DNA of 64,000 nucleotides, taken from contig JBHGNT010000014.1 in NCBI GenBank assembly GCA_043228905.1, positions 16,120,001 to 16,184,000 of the forward strand. The letters are read 5' to 3'. Within the stretch, counting starts at the first letter, position 1, and every line of letters starts with the position of its first letter. Made by a program: the position numbers and the translations under genes. This document shows positions 37,430-50,755 of the stretch, piece after piece. A model generated the notes under the pieces. That model did not search any database. It was not told where the DNA came from and saw only the letters and a list, made by a program, of their open reading frames with translations. This DNA is from Azolla caroliniana. Taxonomy: Eukaryota > Plantae > Polypodiophyta.

Positions 37430-40184
37430 GCCCGTGGGACAATGCATTGCATGTCGAACCAACGGGTTAGCTCCTTTAGTCTTCATCGAGTATGTCCAGT
37501 ATACTCTGATCCAAGGGCTCGAGCGGTTCTTCTTCCATCATCTATTGTTGTTGCTCTGGTTGTTGCTGTTGAGACGGTTGTTGCTCCCGTTGTTGAGACA
37601 ATTGTTGCTCTAGTCTGGCGCCCTTTGTCTTTTCTGTTCTAGCTCCTTCTGTCTGCTCCATCCCGGTGCTTTCCATCTACTGATCTGACTGCGACTCTGG
37701 CTGTTGGGGCCTTGCCTCCACCAGCTATTCCTCATCACTAATGTTGATTTGCTCCGCCCGCCGTGCAAATTCTTTCCTCCGACGCTCCCGCTCATATCCT
37801 TCCAACTACATTTGCACATCGAGTTGGTCATTTTCAAGTCCATTGACGAGCTTCCGAACCTCCTCTATCTATGTGTCGACCAAGGCATAAAAATCCTCTG
37901 CCAATTCCTCTTGGATGGTGACTATGCTTCCCTCATCCATCTTATAGAATTTGTCCTCGTCCTTCTTCCGGTTTGTCGCATCCGCTCGGAGCAGTTGGAG
38001 TTCCGCCACTTGTTTTGACCATTGATGTCAAACTACCACTGAACTATGGACTATTCTTGTTTTAATCCGGTCTCTCCATGTTCCTACCAACATCCGGATT
38101 CTTCCAATGCCCATTTTGACTTTGTCTTCCATGGCCGCCTTTTCGTTCTTTAGCTGTTTGATGAGGTCTATCGGTGTTGTTGCTTGCACTTCTTACTCCA
38201 TTATTTTGGTTTTGTAGGTTATCTGTACCCTGTCCAAAACCACCTTTGCTCATTCCACCTCCTCGTAGTGCTTTGACACAATCCCCGTGCATTCTTTCGC
38301 AGCTTCCTCAAGCACCCTTGTCATTGCCTCAGCCATCATCCGTCCCTGGTCCGTCAGCGCCTCCGTTTTCTCTTTCAACTCTGTCCCGACTACCTTGAGC
38401 TTCTCTTGCTACCGGTCATAATCCGACCCCGGCTTCTTATGTTCTGCCTCGAGCTGCTTATGGTCCCGTTACAACTTCTCGAAGTCCTTTGTTCTCCACT
38501 TTAGACTTTATCCTTCTGTTGTCAGACCTCCTCCTTCAGCCTTTCGATCTCTGTTTCCGCCATTCCCTGCAACTTATCCTTCTCTTGCAGTAGGCTATGC
38601 TTCTCATCCTTTAGCCGATCATAACTCCCTTGAATCTTCCGGAGACTCTCTTCGGTTCTCCCCTTCTCCTCCTCGGTTGTCTTCCTTAGTTCTCTCTCTT
38701 AATGCCTCCTGAGCGGCCAATTTGTCTTTGCGTTTGCATTTCTTTCTCCCACTCATGTTCTTTTACCGGGGTTGTGATCGCCTCTGACTCTGCTTCTTTT
38801 TCCGGAGCTTTCTTCTATATATTTTTCAGTTCTACTGGCTTTATTTCTGTATTGGTGCCCTAGCCCATGTGTGCCATGATTTTAACCAATTCCTTGGTCC
38901 TAGCTAACTCCTCCTCTAAACTTCAGATTTGGTTCCAGGCCTTTTTTAATTCCTCGATTGCTGATAACAACCGTTCGGCCTGCTTTGGCTCCTGCCTTTG
39001 TTCTGCATCCATGCGGTCAGCCACACCGGAAACCTGCTTTTCGAGCCGCTCCAACCATTGCCCGCAGGTTTTGTGTTGTGTGAGTGTAGCGAATTGCTGC
39101 ACTGGCTCCGACATCCATCCTTGCTCCTCTTCGAACCTCGGTGTAACCCATTCTTCTTGTTCTGGTGTTCGTTTTGGTCGGTGCTCTTCATTCTAGAGTT
39201 GCGTCTGAAGACCGGTGAAGTATGTCATTCCTTCTCCGGTTCATGTTGAACCGTGCTCACCACTTCTGGCCTTTCTGTTGTCTTTGCCTCTGGTCTTGGC
39301 TCCACTGTTGAGCGGGAAATCAGTGTACTTTCCTTTCACGGACTCGATCCTTCCCCATGTTGCTCATGTTCGCGTTGTTGCCTCAACCGACGTTGAAGGG
39401 TTTCTTCTTCTTCCTCCTCTTCCACAGTTTCCTGGTGGGCCTTTGGCACCGGTTCTAGATGTTCCCTAACATGTCAGTGCAACTTTATCTTAATTGGTTT
39501 TGTTGTTTTCTCCATAACTTTCTCCACCGTTGCTTCTCTCTGGGGCTCCGGAACTGCTTCTATCCGTTGGGAATCGGGATGCTTCCCTGACTGTCCATCT
39601 GGGGTTTATGTTTGGCCAGGAGCTACTGTCGTTTGGATGCTTGGTTTGGTGTTGTGACCTGCCGTGCCCGTTTCTTTGGTTTGATGGCACTTGTCGATGA
39701 AAATAGCATAGTAAGCCACTGTGCTAATCCGACCCTAGCTTTCTTGCCATCCATCACGGCCGCAATCGCCGTTCATAAGGAATCATCCACTATTACCGAC
39801 CAATCCACTTTTAGGCCTTCAAATGTTGTGATAATGAATCCAGCCCTATTCTTGGGCATGACGAGTGGCCGGGGATGAACAAATCTGTACTCGAGCAGCA
39901 CCCGAGCCACTTCTCGGAATAGGGGGGTTTCACCGCCATGTGTCTGGTATGCCTTGCTTGCGATCAAGAACTCCCCAAAGTATTCTGTCAGTATTTGGGT
40001 GGAGGGGTTCTCGATGGAGTACAGGCCTCCAGAAGGTAGTTCTATGGCCGCCTGCATTGTGCCTTCGTAGAGTTCGTCCAATCTATTGTAGCTACGACCT
40101 TCTTCGGTTCTTCATGCCGTGGTGCTTCTGCTACTCGGAGAAGTCCTTGATGACCTAGTCCCTTGCTTCTTTTGAGAGCGCCAT
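37430..40184 (-). pseudogene. Degraded extra ORF downstream of integrase (globular N-terminus plus coiled-coil)
   Basis: From ATG 40184: MALSKEARD...LTEYFGEF...FREVARVLLEYRFVHPRPLVMPKNRAGFIITTFEGLKVDWSVIVDDSL...GLAQWLTML, then E/K/R-rich coiled-coil blocks (WLERLEKQVSGVADRM). It carries many stops. Confidence 0.55.
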
Positions 40185-41299
40185 GGGTTATGTGCTTTCT
40201 TCATCGAGATCATTCTGGTGGTTGAGTGCCTGTGTTTTTTCGGAAGTCAGTGCGTTATGTGCTCATAAGATCTTTCTTTCACGAAATGAGACTCCCTCGT
40301 GTGTACGTCGTATACCACCTCTTCTTAATTATCGCACATGCACGTCGTATACCATAATAACATGATCATGCCATGTGGCGCACTTAAAATAGGATGACGT
40401 CACTCCCTTCCACTCGCCTTTTCATTATGACCATTCAATATCTCGAATCTCTCTTCTTCTTCTTCTTTTTTCCCATTCCACTACAACTTAGATTCCTGTT
40501 GTTCCGAGTGTCATCCAACACTTTCCTATTTACCGGTGTCATGGAGAAAACCGTCAATAGTGAGAAATCGGAGAATGTTGGAAGGATCGTCAAGGTGCAC
40601 CGTGTGCACCCACCCTTGTACAGAATTAGCATAGGGGCTAGGGGTTACCTTTGTGGCGCCGAATAGGCAATAACGTTGGGACAGAGGATCCCTTGTAATA
40701 TGGGATTTATCCCACATTGTAACGTCTCTCCCTCCTTGGGCTATAAAAGGAAGGGAGGGGTCTCTTATATGGGGTTGCCCATTTTGTGTTAGGGGGTATA
40801 CCGTTAGATTAGGGTTAGACGGTTTTAACTTGGAAGTTTCTTTTCTTCTCCTTCTTCCTCGTCGTGAGGGTTGAGAGTTCATTTTTGTTTAGGGTTTGCT
40901 TCTACTCGGTCTCCTGTGCAAGACCTTGCTCAGCGTGATGAGCCCACGAGTTCCCCGATTAACGGCGTGGCAGCAGACTGCGGCTGTAACCTACCTTGGT
41001 CCGGCTCAAAGCCGGGTTGTAGCACTTCACTTGTAATATACATACTCATATCTATTTGTACATGTTGGCGTATTTGGTGGTGTCAGGAGCACAACCCCTT
41101 GCTTCTTGTGCATAAGAGTCAGTGTCGCACGCATGCTCTCTCTCTTCTCTCTCTTCTCTCTCTCTCTCTCTCTCTTGTGTTCAGTTGCATCCGGGTCATG
41201 CCCGGTGTCAGTTTTCTTGGCATCCCTTTTCTCCCTCATCCGAGACCCCCGTGGTCCCGCCCCTTCCACACGCACGCGCATAATAACGCGACACCGGCT

Positions 41300-42670
41300 C
41301 TAGTGTTGTCGGGGTTGCGCCGATAATTTCTTCTTCGGCTACCACTTCTCCGATTGCCTGGTCCTTGCGCTCCTCCGATTCCTTGAATGGTTGCCGGAAT
41401 CTATTTACCCATTTCTCGAGGAGCTCCCTTGCCAACGTACCAAGCTGATAGGACCCTTTAAACTCCCGTGTGATCCAGAATGGTCCAGTCAATCGGAACC
41501 TCAGCTTCCTCGGCATGTTTCCCATCCGGGTCTGGAATACCAATACCGGTTTCCCGATTCAGAAGTCCTTCTCGTTGCCCTTCCGGTGTCGTGTCAACGA
41601 ATGCCTTTTGTTGTTCCAGCTCTAGCTACATCAAGCCCAGTATCCGGTGTTCTTCCAATTCACATAATGTTTCTAACTGTATTTGTTCCGACTCTTTCTC
41701 ACTCAACCGTTCCCGTACTTGTATCCATAGACTGGGAATCTGGAATTCCATCGGCATGACCGCTTCCAATCCGAAAGCCAGTTGGAACGGTGTCGACCTG
41801 ATACTCATTTTGTATGTTGTCTGGTATGCCCACGATGCACTGTGCAATTTCGTATCCCAATCCGTCCGGTTTTTGTTTACAATCTTCCAAAGGATATTTT
41901 GAAGTGTTTTATTCATTCATTTGGCTAGTTCATTCGCTTGTGGGTAGTATGGTGTGCTTCTTTTTTGGACCACTGCATAGAATGTCATCAAGATTTCCAC
42001 CACTTGTGTTATGAAGTGCCCACCTTGGTCGCTGATAAGCTCAATCGGGCAACCATACTGGCACTAGATGTACTCATACAAGAACTTCGCCGTGGATGCC
42101 ACGGTGTTATCCCGAAGTGCCTTTGTTTCGACCCACTTGGTACAATAATCCGTGGCTACGATAATGTTCCGGTTTCCGGTACGCATTGTCGGTGTCTTGA
42201 ATGGTCCGACAAAATCCAGGCCCCACTTTTGGAATGGTTCCAACGGCATCACCGATTGATGTGGCATTCACGCCCGTTGTGTTGGTTGCCCCATCCTTTG
42301 GCATAGATCACATTCCTTGCATTACTTTATTGCATCTTTGAGGGTGATTGGCCACTATAATCCGCTCCCAATCCGCTACGTTATATCTTTCAGGTTGTTG
42401 CGTCTCCGACATAGTGTCCTCTGGAAATCTCGTAGTGTGCCTCACATAATACCGCGCCCTTATCGTCACTCCGGACCGCTTGTCGCCAAATCCCATCGGC
42501 TCCCTTGTGGTACAGGCTGTCCTACAACAAACAAAAATGTCAGCTCTACACTGCCAGCCGTTTCCGCTCATCCCGATTCAACTCTTCCGATGGTAAGCCG
42601 ATACTCAGAAATTGATGCATATTGGTCATCCACTTATCTTCGTCGGTCTTCGTTTGGGTTTACGTTGTCG
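41300..42670 (-). pseudogene. Gypsy integrase (Tat/Athila-like non-chromovirus type)
   Basis: PLEPFQKWGLDFVGPF, IVATDYCTKWVETKAL, NKTLQNILWKIVNKNRTDWDTKLHSA, TPFQLAFGLEAVMP, GPFWITREFKGSYQL and KWVN. Confidence 0.88.
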
Positions 42671-44650
42671 TGATGTTTCTAACACATAGTATGAAACCAC
42701 CCACGAAAAGAAGTAAAATAGTAGTTCAAATAAACTAGTATTGTGAAGTCAACTTTATTGGTAGAAAAAATACTTTTTCATTTTCCAAAGATAATTCCTT
42801 ATAAATAAATGGTCAAAGGATTGAACCTTACAATAAATAATGATGAATATTAAGTTAGAGGCGGTTTTCAAAAGTAGACAAGAGTAGGGAAAAAGATGGA
42901 GAGAAAAAAAACACACGTGGATATGAGCACAGTAGAGACAAAAGCTCATAATTTCCTCATCAAATGTCCAAATTAGAAAAGAAAAGATGCATAAGAAAGC
43001 TAACCCAAAGAGCTCTCCAAGAATATCTTGCATGTGAAATTTGGGGCTAGAAAACAAAAATAGTGAGGAAAAGAAAAGTCGACTCATATAGACAAGCTGT
43101 TTTTTAGGGGAAAATGGCAAGCAATCCTAAACCTATAAATAAGAGCCTATTCTAGTGAAGAAGGGGAGGAGGGAGAAGGAACGTGGAAGCTCTACTCAAT
43201 TGGAAAGTGGAAGAAGAAGGATCAACAACATCGAGAGGCATCATCAACAAAGAAACTCCTTCTATACGCCACTCTCTTCTTTCCTCTACCTCTCTTCCCC
43301 CATTAATTTATAAACAATCCTTCATATTCGCATCCAACCCATTGTAACATGATTCTTATATTATAAAAGAATCTATTATATTGATATAAACTAATGTTTT
43401 CTTTCATCTACTTGTCTTATGTGTAAATCTTGAATGTGCTTATTTGTTATCGTCATTTGTGCTTATTTGTTTGTGTGTCTTGTGACAAGGGAGCGTTTCG
43501 GGCTTGCCCATGCACATCTCCTTTCACAAAGGCATTCAAACGTAAATGTCTTATATGTTATCATTGTTTGTGCTTATTTGCTTGTGTGTCTTGTGACAAG
43601 GGAGTGTTTCGGGCTTGCCCATGCACCTCTCCTTTCACAAAGGCATTCAAACATACGTGCCTTGCGTGTTAGTGTAAATCTTGCTTGTGTGTTCGTGCGA
43701 CTTGTGGCAAGGGAGCATTTGGGCTTGCCCATGCACCTCTCCTTTCACAAAGGCGTTCGAAATCGTGTCTCCCGTGTGTAAACCTTTCTTGTGTGTTCGT
43801 GCGACTTGTGGCAAGGGAGCGTTTGAGCTTGCCCATGCACCTCTCCTTTCACAAAGGCGTTCGAAATCGTGTCTCCCGTGTGTAAACCTTTCTTGTGTGT
43901 TCGTGCGACTTGTGGCAAAGGAGCGTTTGAGCTTGCCCATGCACCTCTCCTTTCACAAAGGCGTTCGAAATTGTGCCTCCCGTATGTAAACCTTTCTTGT
44001 GTGTTCGTGCGACTTGTGGCAAAGGAGCGTCCGGACTTGCCCATGCACCTCTCCTTTCACAAAGGCGTTCAAAATTGTTTCTCCCGTGTGTGAACCTTGC
44101 TTGTGTGTTCTTGCGACTTGTGGCAAGGGAGCGTTCGGGCTTGCCCATGCACCTCTCCTTTCACAAAGGCATTCGAAATTGTTTCTCCCGTGTGTAAACC
44201 TTGCTTGTGTGTTCATGCGACTTGTGGAAAGGGAGCGTTCGGGCTTGCCCATGCACCTCTCCTTTCACAAAGGCATTCGAAATTGTCTCTCGTGTATAAA
44301 CCTTGCTTGTGTGTTCGCATGTTTTGTAACAAGGGAGCGTTCGGGCTTGCCCATGCACCTCTCTTTTCACAAAGGCATTCGAAACTCTGTCTCTCATGTG
44401 TGTAAGTAAGCCTTTTCCTTGCGTGTCCATGTGTAAGCCTTCCTCACGTGCCTTCGTTCGCCTTGTGACTAGGGGTTGATTCGGGCTTGCCCATGCACCT
44501 CTCCTTTTCACAAACACGTTTGAATACTCGTGCCTTGTTTGTGTAAGTCTTCCTTGTGTTGTGTGTGTAAGCCCTATTTCCTTCCCGTCCATAACCCTGG
44601 CAGTTCCGCCTCACGATCCACACATAGTGACGGATTTTCACAACATAATA
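42671..44650 (+). mobile_element. About 2-kb 5' LTR of a tRNA-Trp-primed Gypsy element
   Basis: Abrupt switch to AT-rich sequence at 42671, CCTATAAATA at about 43132, an internal tandem array, and an end directly before the PBS. The exact ends are approximate and no second LTR is seen. Confidence 0.65.
43430..44520. repeat. 104-bp tandem satellite array, about 10 copies, inside the LTR
   Basis: The anchor CTTGCCCATGCACCTCTCCTTTCACAAAGG recurs at about 43503, 43614, 43724, 43828, 43933, 44036, 44140, 44244, 44345 and 44485. Confidence 0.95.
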
Positions 44651-44653
44651 AAG

Positions 44654-44671
44654 TGGTGAACCCGACGTGAA
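44654..44671 (+). promoter_or_regulatory. Primer-binding site complementary to tRNA-Trp
   Basis: TGGTGAACCCGACGTGAA is the reverse complement of the plant tRNA-Trp 3' end (TTCACGTCGGGTTCACCA, recalled from memory). Confidence 0.85.
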
Positions 44672-45366
44672 GAGGTGGTAGGAAGGATCAAGTGCTTGCA
44701 ATAAAGATTAGAAGATGGCTTCTTCGTCAAACACCCAAGCTGATTAAGTGACAAAGTTGGTGGCTATTGTCGAGCATATGATGAGAGCTCAAGATAATGA
44801 TGCAAGCTTAGACAAGGCTATCGACTGAACCGTTGAGATAGCGGGCCAATTTGGTGGAAGAAACATTACGGATTTTCTCGCTACATACAAGATGGAGATG
44901 CAACAATGTGATGTCATTGAAGAGACACAAATATCAAGCTTCAAGTGTGTCGTAGCTATTGGGTTACAAGGTCGTATAAGGAAGATTCATGTTAGGAAAC
45001 AGGTCCCTTCGGATGGGAAGTGAGAAGAACAATGTTGATGAGCAACTCGGCCGAGGCCGAATCCGGATGTGGAGTACCCGACAACGGAAGACCCGGTGAG
45101 AACCGGATGTGGAGTACCCGGCAACAGAAGACCCGGTGAGAACCGGATGACGAGTACCCAGCAAGGAAGACCCGGTGAGAACCGGATGTTGCAAGCCCGG
45201 TGAGAACCTCTCATCGGATGGAAGGGACATATATGTAAATATGTTCCAGAGAGCCCATTGGGGCTATATTTGTAAATAGCCCGAAAGTCATATTAGTATA
45301 AATATGACCTAGGGCAAACTTAATAGTGAGGATGATAGAGTTATTGGTGTAACCTTTGTATAGTGC

Positions 45367-45417
<51 letters not shown>

Positions 45418-45632
45418 GGAGAGAGAGAGAGAGAGAGCGATATACAGAGATTGTGTCTCTGTTGTAACCGCCGCTAGGCGAAGATTGTGAGCAAGAGGTC
45501 GTTGCCTCTGTGCTCTCTGTTGTATTACTTTACAGAGTGATAGTTTGGAGTCTGTGGACTCCCGTGGTTTTTCCCTCTCAGGGTTTTCCACATTAATATC
45601 CTGTGTATTCTCTTTCTGTTTTGTGTACTTAC

Positions 45633-48600
45633 TGTTGGGATTTTCGGTCCCTCCGGATGGGATGTCCGGAGATGAATGACGGCAAGCCCGGTTGCGGTTA
45701 CGGAGCCGGATGACGAATGTACCCGGAGAGAGATCCGGATGACGGCAAGCCCGGTTCCGGTTACGGAGCCGGATGATGATGAAGACCCCGGTTACGGAGC
45801 CGGATGATGAATGTACCCGGAGAGAGATCCGGATGTGGGGACATATCTGTGAATATGTTTTCCAAGAGCCCTTGCGGCTATATTTGTAAAAAGCCCGAAA
45901 GTCATATGTGTATAAATATGACTTAGGGCAAACAGTTTAACTGTTGTTGCTCATTTTATGCAAAGTGAGAGCAGCCGAGAGAGAGAGAGAGAGAGAGAGA
46001 GACGAAGAGGTCGTTGCCTCTGTGTATTGCCGCCGCCTGTGGCGAAGACAGTGAGCTCAAGGTTGTTGCCTTGTAGCTTCACCAGTGTACATCCCTGTTC
46101 ATAGTGATAGTTTGGAGTTTGAGGACTCCCGTGGTTTTTTCCCATTTAGGGTTTTCCACGCAAAACATCCAGCGTACCTTTCTCTCTATTGTTTTGTGCA
46201 TTTTGTATTTCCTGTTTTCTGTGAGTTGATCCTATTCCTCGGTTGTGTTCGAGCATTGTTTTCATCAAACTGGTATCAGAGCGAACTGCTGCAGAAAATG
46301 GAAAGCGGCGGCAGCGGGCAGCCGGGAATGATGGTGCTGAATGCACAGAATTACGCCGACTGGAAGATCAAGATGGAGGATCTTCTGATTGTTCGGGACC
46401 TGTACGAACCGATTGACAGGTCGGAAATACCGAAGGGAGTACTTGAGTCGGAGTGGAAGCTCCTGAACCGGAAAGCCGTAGCGACGATCCGACAATATGT
46501 CGATGTAAGCGTCCTACAACATGTGGCGAATGACACCAACGCATATGAGATGTGGAAGAAGCTGTCGGGCCTCTACGAGAGGAAGAATGCGTTGAACCGG
46601 ACCTCCCTGATGAGGAAGATTGTGAATCTCAAGTACCGGGACGGCGAGAGTATGGTAGAACACGTAAGCACGTTCATGGGATTCGTGAACCAGCTTGCGG
46701 CGATCAAGTTCCCGTTGGAGGATGCAATGCAAGCCATCATCCTGATGTGTACATTGCCGGACAGCTGGGAGAACTTGGTGGTGACTCTCAGCACCTCATG
46801 CACGGAAGATAACTTGTCCCTACAAACGGTAAAGACAAGTATTTTGAACGAAGAAGCGCGTCGGAGAGATAAAGAACCGGCCTCCGACTCGAAGGCGCTG
46901 CTTACCGAATCGGAACGGGGAAGACACTGGAACCGGAGTCCGCAAAGACGGGAGAAGTCGGGGACCCGGTCGCAGTCAAGAGGAAGGCCAACGTGCTTCC
47001 ACTGTGGGAAGCCGGGGCACTTCCGGAAGAATTGTCGGCATTACCGAAAAGATAACGGAGCCGTCGACACCGATTCGAAGAAGTCACCGGAGATAAACGG
47101 TGCATACCGGGGAGCCACGGACCGGAGAGGTCCGGATCGGCGAGGGCAGGACCGGAAAGGAACGATGGCACTCGCGGCAAGTGAAGAAGAGATAATGCTC
47201 ATTACCGAAGAGAGGGAGCTGAACCTTGCCGGTGAAGAGATGACCTGGGTGGTCGATTCCGGAGCGTCGTTCCACCTGACCCCGGAGAAGAAATACTTCT
47301 CATCCTACACAGCCGGTGAGCACGGCTGTGTCCGGATGGGAAATGAAGGTACGTGCCGGATAGCCGGCATAGGAGACGTGTGGCTGTTGACATCAACCGG
47401 ATGCAAGATGCTGTTGAAGGATGTGCGACACGTTCCGGAGGTCCGATTGAACCTGATCTCGGCCGGGAGGCTAGATGATGAAGGCTACACGGGTAGCATC
47501 CGGAACGGTGTCATGAAGTTCAGCAAAGGGAGCCTGATAGTGGCTCGGGCCCGGAAAGTCAACACTCTATACCTGATGAATGCCCGATTATGTCCGGAAG
47601 AGCTGAATGTGGCAGCCGACACTGCCGGTGAGCTGTGGCACAAGAGACTGTGCCACATGAGCGAGAAGGGGATGAAGAGGCTTGCAGAAGACAACCTCAT
47701 TCCAGTGAAGCATGTGCATCTGGAGAAGTGCACCGATTGCCTGGCCGGTAAACAGAACCGAACCTCCTTCCACTCAAGGCCACCGACGAGACGTAGCGCA
47801 CCATTGGAGTTGGTGCACACTGATGTGCGTCAGGTAGAAACGAAGTCACATGGCGGAGCCCAGTACTTCGCGACTTTCATTGATGATCACAGCCGGAAGC
47901 TGTGGACGGCGCCGTTGAAGACAAAGGACCAAGTGTTGCCCGTCTTCAAAGAACTCCACGCGAGAGTGGAAAGGGAATCCGGCAAGAAGCTGAAAGCGAT
48001 ACGAGCGGATAACGGAGGGGAATACCGGGGGCAGTTCCAGGAGTACTGTCGCTCGAAGGGAATCCGGCTCGAGTTTACTGTGCCGAAGACGCCGGAACTG
48101 AACGGGCTGGCCGAGAGGATGAACCGGACCATAATGGAGAGGGTCCGGAGTATGCTGGCGCATGCGAAACTACCCAAGGGATTTTGGGCTGAGGCAATGT
48201 CGACGGCGACGTATGTGATAAATAGATCACCCTCAGTACCTTTGGACGGAGACACGCCGCAGAAAGTGTGGACCGGTAAGGAAGTGTCCTACCGGCATCT
48301 GAAGGTGTTCGGGTGTCTCACATACGTGCATGTGGCAAAGGACCGGAGAGGAAAGTTAGATCCAAAGACCCGGCCATGCATATTCCTCGGTTACGGCGAC
48401 GACGAGTTCGGCTACCGAGTATGGGACCCGGTCGACAAGAAGATATTCAGGAGTCGAGACATCATCTTCATGGAGGACAAGACACTTGCCGACTGGGAGT
48501 CGGAGAAGAAGATGAAGAGCTCCAAGTCGACCGGTGAGGATCAACTCTACGAGGAGCAGTTCCGACCGGCAAGAGACCGGTTAGCACTCGAGGATCCGGC

Positions 48601-50722
48601 CGAGACGGTGAAGAAACAGAACCGGCCGAAGAAGATGAAAATGACACCGGAACCGGCCCCGATCCCGAAATGGATTCGGATGAAGAAGAATCGGAAGAAC
48701 AGGTTACCGAAGCTCCGGAACGGAGATATCCTCTAAGAGAGAGAAGGGCCCCCCGGAGATTTCCGGAACCAGAGCACGTGCTGCTGACCGACGAAGGGGA
48801 GCCGGAGAGCTTTGAAGAAGCAAAGCATGACACCCAGAGCCGCAGGTGGTTGAGTGCCATGCAGGACGAGATGGATTCCCTGCATGAGAACCACACATAT
48901 GAACTTGTGGAGATGCCGAAAGGAAAGCGGGCACTTCGAAACAAGTGGGTGTTCAAGCTGAAACCGGGAGATGCCGGAAACCCCCCGAGATACAAAGCCA
49001 GGATCGTGGTGAAGGGGTTCCAGCAGAAGAAGGGCGTCGACTTCGACGAGATATTTGCCCCGGTAGTGAAGATGACCTCCATCCGGACGGTGCTGAGCAT
49101 AGCGGCAAGCATGGACCTCGAGGTAGAACAGATGGACGTGAAGACGGCATTCCTTCACGGTGACCTCGAGGAAGAGATCTACATGCAGCAACCGGATGGA
49201 TTCGAGAAGAAAGGGAAGGAGCACCTGGTATGCCGGTTGAAGAAGAGCCTTTACGGACTGAAGCAGGCTCCCCGGCAATGGTACCGGAAGTTCGACTCCT
49301 TCATGACCGACGAAGGGTACAACAAAACGCAGTCCGATCACTGCGTGTTTGTGAAGAAGTTCGAAGGAGGAGACTCTCTAATACTCCTCCTGTACGTGGA
49401 CGACATGTTGATCGTCGGACGGGACCAGGTCAAGATACGGATGCTGAAGAAGGCTCTTCACCGAACCTTCTCAATGAAGGACTTGGGTCCGGCGAGACAA
49501 ATACTAGGGATGCACATCATCCGGGACCGGAGCAAGAAGCAGTTGTGGCTATCACAAGAGAAGTACGTGACAAAGGTGCTTCAACGGTTCAACATGTCGG
49601 AAGCAAGGCCGGTCGGATCAACTCTCCCGGCAAACTGCAAGTTGTCCAGCAAGCAAAGTCCCAAGACAAAGGCTGAAAAGGAGGATATGATGAAAGTGCC
49701 ATATGCCTCAGCCGTCGGGAGCTTGATGTACGCCATGGTGTGTACGAGACCGGACATAGGATATGCAGTTGGAGTGGTTAGCCGGTACATGAGCAACCCT
49801 GGCAAAGAACACTGGAACGCGGTCAAGTGGATACTCCGATACCTGAAGGGCACGGCAAACGTGTGCCTCCGATTCGGCTCCGGTAAGCCCGAACTCGACG
49901 GCTTCACCGATTCGGATATGTCGGCTGATGCAGATACCAGCCGGTCCACATCAGGGTATGTGATGACCTATGCAGGGGGAGCCGTTTCGTGGCAGTCGAG
50001 GCTGCAGAAGACGGTTGCGTTGTCAACCACGGAGGCGGAGTACATGGCAGCTGTTGAAGCCGGCAAGGAAATAATTTGGATGAAGGACTTCATTAGAGAG
50101 CTCGGTATCCGGCAGGAGGAGTACCGGCTCTACTGCGATAGTCAGAGTGCCATCCACCTTGCAAGGAACGCGGCCTACCATTCCCGGACGAAACACATCC
50201 AGCGTAGATACCACTGGATCCGGGAAAGGATAGAAGACAAGGAGTTCGTGCTGACGAAGATCCACACGGACGAGAACGGGTCGGATATGCTGACCAAGGT
50301 GCTCACACCCGACAAACTGGAAGCATACCGGAAGAGGATCGGGTTGGAGAGACATCCCATGCCGAAGTGAAGGGGGAGTTTGTTGGGATTTTCGGTCCCT
50401 CCGGATGGGATGTCCGGAGATGAATGACGGCAAGCCCGGTTGCGGTTACGGAGCCGGATGACGAATGTACCCGGAGAGAGATCCGGATGACGGCAAGCCC
50501 GGTTCCGGTTACGGAGCCGGATGATGATGAAGACCCCGGTTACGGAGCCGGATGATGAATGTACCCGGAGAGAGATCCGGATGCGGGGACATATCTGTGA
50601 ATATGTTTTCCAAGAGCCCTTGCGGCTATATTTGTAAAAAGCCCGAAAGTCATATGTGTATAAATATGACTTAGGGCAAACAGTTTAACTGTCGTTGCTC
50701 ATTTTATGCAAAGTGAGAGCAG

Positions 50723-50755
<33 letters not shown>

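Larger units (their letters stand above)
37021..42670 (-). mobile_element. Truncated non-chromovirus Gypsy element X (integrase, extra ORF, LTR 37021-37421)
   Basis: TG...CA-bounded LTR-like unit at 37021-37421, a degraded extra ORF at 37430-40184 and integrase at 41300-42670. The coding parts are all on the minus strand. That these pieces form one element is inferred from continuity. Confidence 0.65.

Noticed and set aside
43430-44520. CRISPR-like array or repeat-protein ORFs
   Set aside because: Whole 104-bp units are repeated with no unique spacers and no cas genes. The overlapping ORFs in all frames are artefacts of a satellite.
46085-46297. N-terminal extension of the 883-aa ORF
   Set aside because: It lies in the LTR/PBS. 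The real start is ATG 46298, matching element B.
48595-48740. Programmed ribosomal frameshift in Copia A
   Set aside because: Sister B is continuous here, and A simply lacks one A. No slippery site is evident.
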